Positions 60,428-64,000 of a DNA stretch of 64,000 bases are shown piece by piece. The number at the start of each line of letters is the position of its first letter. Positions within the stretch are counted from its first letter, which is position 1. A program made the translations under genes and the position numbers. The notes under the pieces were generated by a model, which did not search any database, had not been told where the DNA came from, and worked only from the letters and a program-made list of their open reading frames with translations. The stretch is from Selaginella moellendorffii (Eukaryota; Plantae; Lycopodiophyta): NCBI RefSeq assembly GCF_000143415.4, contig NW_003314266.1:2523856-2587855 (forward strand), given 5' to 3'.

Positions 60428-62973
60428 TCACTCATCGTCTTGGTTGTCTTCCTTGTAGAGCTTCACCATGTCATCGATTCGCAAGATGGTGATGGCGGCT
60501 TCGGTGGCAAACTGGATCGAGGCGGCGGGGTCAGAAGCGAGAAACAAACATATAGAGTGGATTTAACCTGTATGATCTTGAGCTTGCTCATTGCCGGCTC
60601 CAAAACACCGGCCTCCAGGTTGTTCCTCACAGCTCCTTTCAGCAGATCCAAACCATAACTGGATAAAAGCACGAACACGATGCTGTAAGAATCGCCGGCG
60701 TTCCTCGGATGGCAAGCTTCTTACCCCGCGTAGTGCTGCTTGTCGGGCTTGGTCTGCGCAGTGTGGTGGTACGCGCGGAGCTTGGCAACCAGCTCTGTTG
60801 AGTCCTTGGCGGCATTCACTGACAAAACCTTCACGGGGAAAGATAGAAACGTTAATCGCGGCAAGCAAACACGCATTCGAAGACAAACCTTTGGAATCAC
60901 AAGGAGCGCTTCAGCAAACTCCGCAATCGCCAGCTGCTCACGCGATCCCAGAGTTGTGGCCAGATTTTCCAGGTACACCGACAATGCAGCCTCGACAGCA
61001 CCACCTCCAGCAACGACCTACGAGATAGTCAGTACAAACGCAAAGACGTCCTCAGTTCACATACCGCACTAGATTCCAGTGTACGCTTCACAATACTCAA
61101 CGCGTCATGCATGGACCGATCCATTTCATCGAGCATATAGTCATTCGCACCGCGGAGAATGATTGAGACCTGTCACAAAACAGCAGAAGTTCTAGCACCA
61201 CGAAAGCAGAAGTATAACAAGGCTCACAGCTTTTGTGCTCTTGGCTCCTTTAACCATAATCACATCATCGTCGGCCACATGTTCCTCGGCTACTTCTTCA
61301 GCATGACCAAGGTAAGAAGGGTCAAATGACTCGCCGCCTTCCATATCGGCCAGAGTAACAACCTGATAGAATGGAGATTCGCTTCAGTAAATTCCTTGAA
61401 ATTATACTCAACCCCACCATTGTAGCACCAGTTGCCTTGGCCACATGCCGTAGGTCCTCCTTCCGAACACGGCGTACAGCTATTGCTCCTGCTTCTACAA
61501 AATACTGAGATCACAGCTCCTTAGTCTCGTTTCAAAAGAGAATCGCTGAGCCATACCTTTAAAGACATATCATCTATTCCTTTCGTAGTGAGAACGACAT
61601 TAGCACCGGCCTTCAAAATCTTTTGAATCCTTTCTTTTGTAATGTCCGATTCCCTGTAGAAGATAGAAAAGTCAGACCAGATAACAAAAAAGAAAAAAAA
61701 AAGAAAAAGAAAAGAAAATAGCTATTACCTTTGCCGAATCTTCTCCAGCTCACGTGGATCGGTGACTAGAACTTGCACACCCATTTGCATTTTGGACTTT
61801 TGAAGGTTGACATCTAGACACGCAATTCTTGCCGGGTAAACCCGTTGTGGCATGCCTTGTGCAGCACGTCCGGTATTGAGAGCATACCCATTTAACAGAT
61901 AGCTGTCCTTCCCGCTCTTTCCGTGAGCTTTCAAGATGTTAATAGACTGGAAAACATATTCGTCAGAATTTGCAGCAATGGGCAATGACAAACCTTAATG
62001 GGATATTTCGTCTCGCCCTTCTCGTTAACAGTCTTCACAGCTTGTACAGCATCGACGACCTGGAAAAGAATTGATTAATCGATCTCGCGATGAAAGTGTT
62101 CTTTACCATTTTCGCGAAAAAGTCACTGTCTGTACCAATAATCTTAGACGACATGCTTGTTTTCGCGCAGTTGATTAGCGACTCCTTCCCAAGTTTTTCG
62201 ACCTGCGTCCAAAACTTGAAAAGATCTGACTCACAATAGCAATGAATGGCAAAGTTCTAACCTTCACGGACAATCTCTCTTCGATATATTTGCACGATTC
62301 ACGCATAGCAAGCTGCAGGTTCCACTTGTGAAAATCTACACAGCACAGAACGCAATCGTGACATACCCTGAATCCACTAATGATAGAAGTAGGATGGATT
62401 TTGTTCCGAACTAAATCGTTGGCCCTCTGAATTTTAGAAGCTTTATCACATAGTAGAAAAGAACGAGAGAGCCATTTTTACCTTCAAGAGCTCTGCGGCA
62501 ATAATAACTACAGACGTTGTACCATCTCCAACTTCTTTGTCTTGAAGCTCAGCTAGTTCCACCATAACCTGATGATTTAAACTATCAGCATTGCAGCAAA
62601 TAAAAGTGAAAGAACTAGAACCCACCTTAGCAGCAGGATGCTCGACTTCTAACATTTTCAAGATGGTCGCGCCATCGTTCGTCGTTGTAACATCGCCAAT
62701 ATCGTCTACAAGCATCTGCGATGGAGATCACAGAACGTTTTTTCAAGAAAACTAAGAAAGAAGAAGCAGACCTTGTCAAGGCCGGTTGGCCCCAGAGAGC
62801 TCTTCACAATATTGGCAACGGCCGCGCAAGCCGTGACTGAAGATCGCCAGAAAGAATCAGTACATAAGGCCGAAATCCCACACTAGAGCGCGAAGAATCT
62901 CACCATTCTGTGTGCGCACATCGGCGCCGCTCTGCCGCTCGCCGAAAATGTCGAGCGTCTGCACCTGCGCCAT
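60428..62973 (-). CDS. CCT1: T-complex protein 1 subunit alpha (chaperonin CCT1), multi-exon
   Basis: [69 protein letters not shown]. Confidence 0.96.
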
Positions 62974-63119
62974 CGCTCTCGCAGTCACAAGCTCAAAAAA
63001 AAACTAGGGCACAAAGGGATATTCTAGGAATCCTGTTTACTAAGTGATTAAGATTAATTTAATTCAAGAGCAAAGGGATATTCCAAGATTATGGTTTATT
63101 GCAAAGTACCGCGTTAAGG

Positions 63120-64000
63120 TTAATTAAATTCGACTATGGCCCGGCCAAGGATTTGTCCTCTGTCCAAGGCATCAAACGTTTGGTTCACTTCTTCCAGACC
63201 ACATCGCTGCGTCACCGCGCTGCTTAGATTGATGGCTCCAATCTCCGCGAGGGTGACGAGCTCTGGAAGATCTTGTCTCGCTCGAGCTCCATAAGAACCG
63301 ATGATTCTCACCTGTAGAAACGAAACAAATTTGGATGAGAGGATCCAAGGCACCGCAAAGATTGAGTTACCTGTCTACGAACAACGTGAACCATGTCGAA
63401 TTCTGCCGTGGTTCCAAACGAGGCGAGCCCGACCATCACAGCTCGGCCTCCATCGCGGACGCTCATGGCTGTTTGCTGGAAGGTCTTTGGTTTTCCCAGT
63501 GCTTCAATGGCAACGTCGACTCCTCTTCCACCGGTGAGCTCCTGGACGAACGAAAGACTGTAAGCGACCATCTACAATATACTTGAGAACTTGATTTACC
63601 TTGATAGCTTCCACAGGATTTACTTTGGTTGAGTTCACGGTGTGTGTTGCTCCAAGCTTCTTGGAGTTCTCCAGCTTTTTGTCATCGACATCAACTGCAA
63701 TAACTTGGCGAGCTCCAAACGCTCGAGCTAACTGCAAGCAGCTGTTCCAACCGTTGTTAAGAAGATCGTGAACAAAAATAAGTTCTCTTTGTGCAGCAAA
63801 CCTGGATCCAACACCACCGATGCCAATCACGGATACGGTTTCGCCAGCACGTAAGTTGGCTGCATTCTTCACGGCTCCATAAGCTGTAAAAACTGCACAT
63901 CCCATTATCGCTGCGTCCGAGTAAGGCAGAGTAGAAGGTAGGACTGCTAATGCGTTGGAGGGAACTACACAATACTCGGCCATGCCTCCCATGCTGTACA
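63120..64000 (-). CDS. Zn-dependent alcohol dehydrogenase/oxidoreductase (At5g63620/HER2-like), 3' part
   Basis: YSMGGMAEYCVVP, MGCAVFTAYGA, GIGGVG, TGGRGVDVAIEALG, IIGSYGARARQDLP. Confidence 0.88.

Overview
Gene-dense eukaryotic (land plant) nuclear sequence with very short GT-AG introns (mostly ~45-75 nt) and short intergenic gaps. This style suggests a compact lycophyte genome such as Selaginella (inference). Left gene block: RS-type SR splicing factor, tRNA-Phe(GAA), KELP coactivator, HMA1 P1B-ATPase, BAT1/GABP-type permease and a lipoxygenase. It is preceded by a young Ty3/gypsy element with 174-bp LTR and tRNA-Ala PBS. The divergent BAT1(-)/LOX(+) cassette occurs three times: an eroded relic, an intact pair, and a BAT1 pseudogene with an intact LOX. 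Copies 2 and 3 are separated by ~17 kb of nested TEs: LSU rRNA relic, LINE relics, TRIM candidate, a full-length chromovirus with GTAAG TSD inside an older gypsy, and a Harbinger relic. Next come a gene-fragment-carrying Helitron candidate, a C>T/G>A-eroded second gypsy copy, alpha-galactosidase, a cupin/plastid-protein bidirectional pair, foldback repeats, an intronless kinase, a CCT1 pseudogene, CCT1 and a partial Zn-ADH. The most striking observation is a multi-exon gene (60135-58662, minus strand) missed by the ORF track. Its hand-spliced product has the N-terminal, UIM-like and C-terminal 'RxxGLSRxxxxxxLHP' hallmarks of animal RAD51AP1/RAD51AP2. All family assignments are from recalled motifs; no database searches were run.
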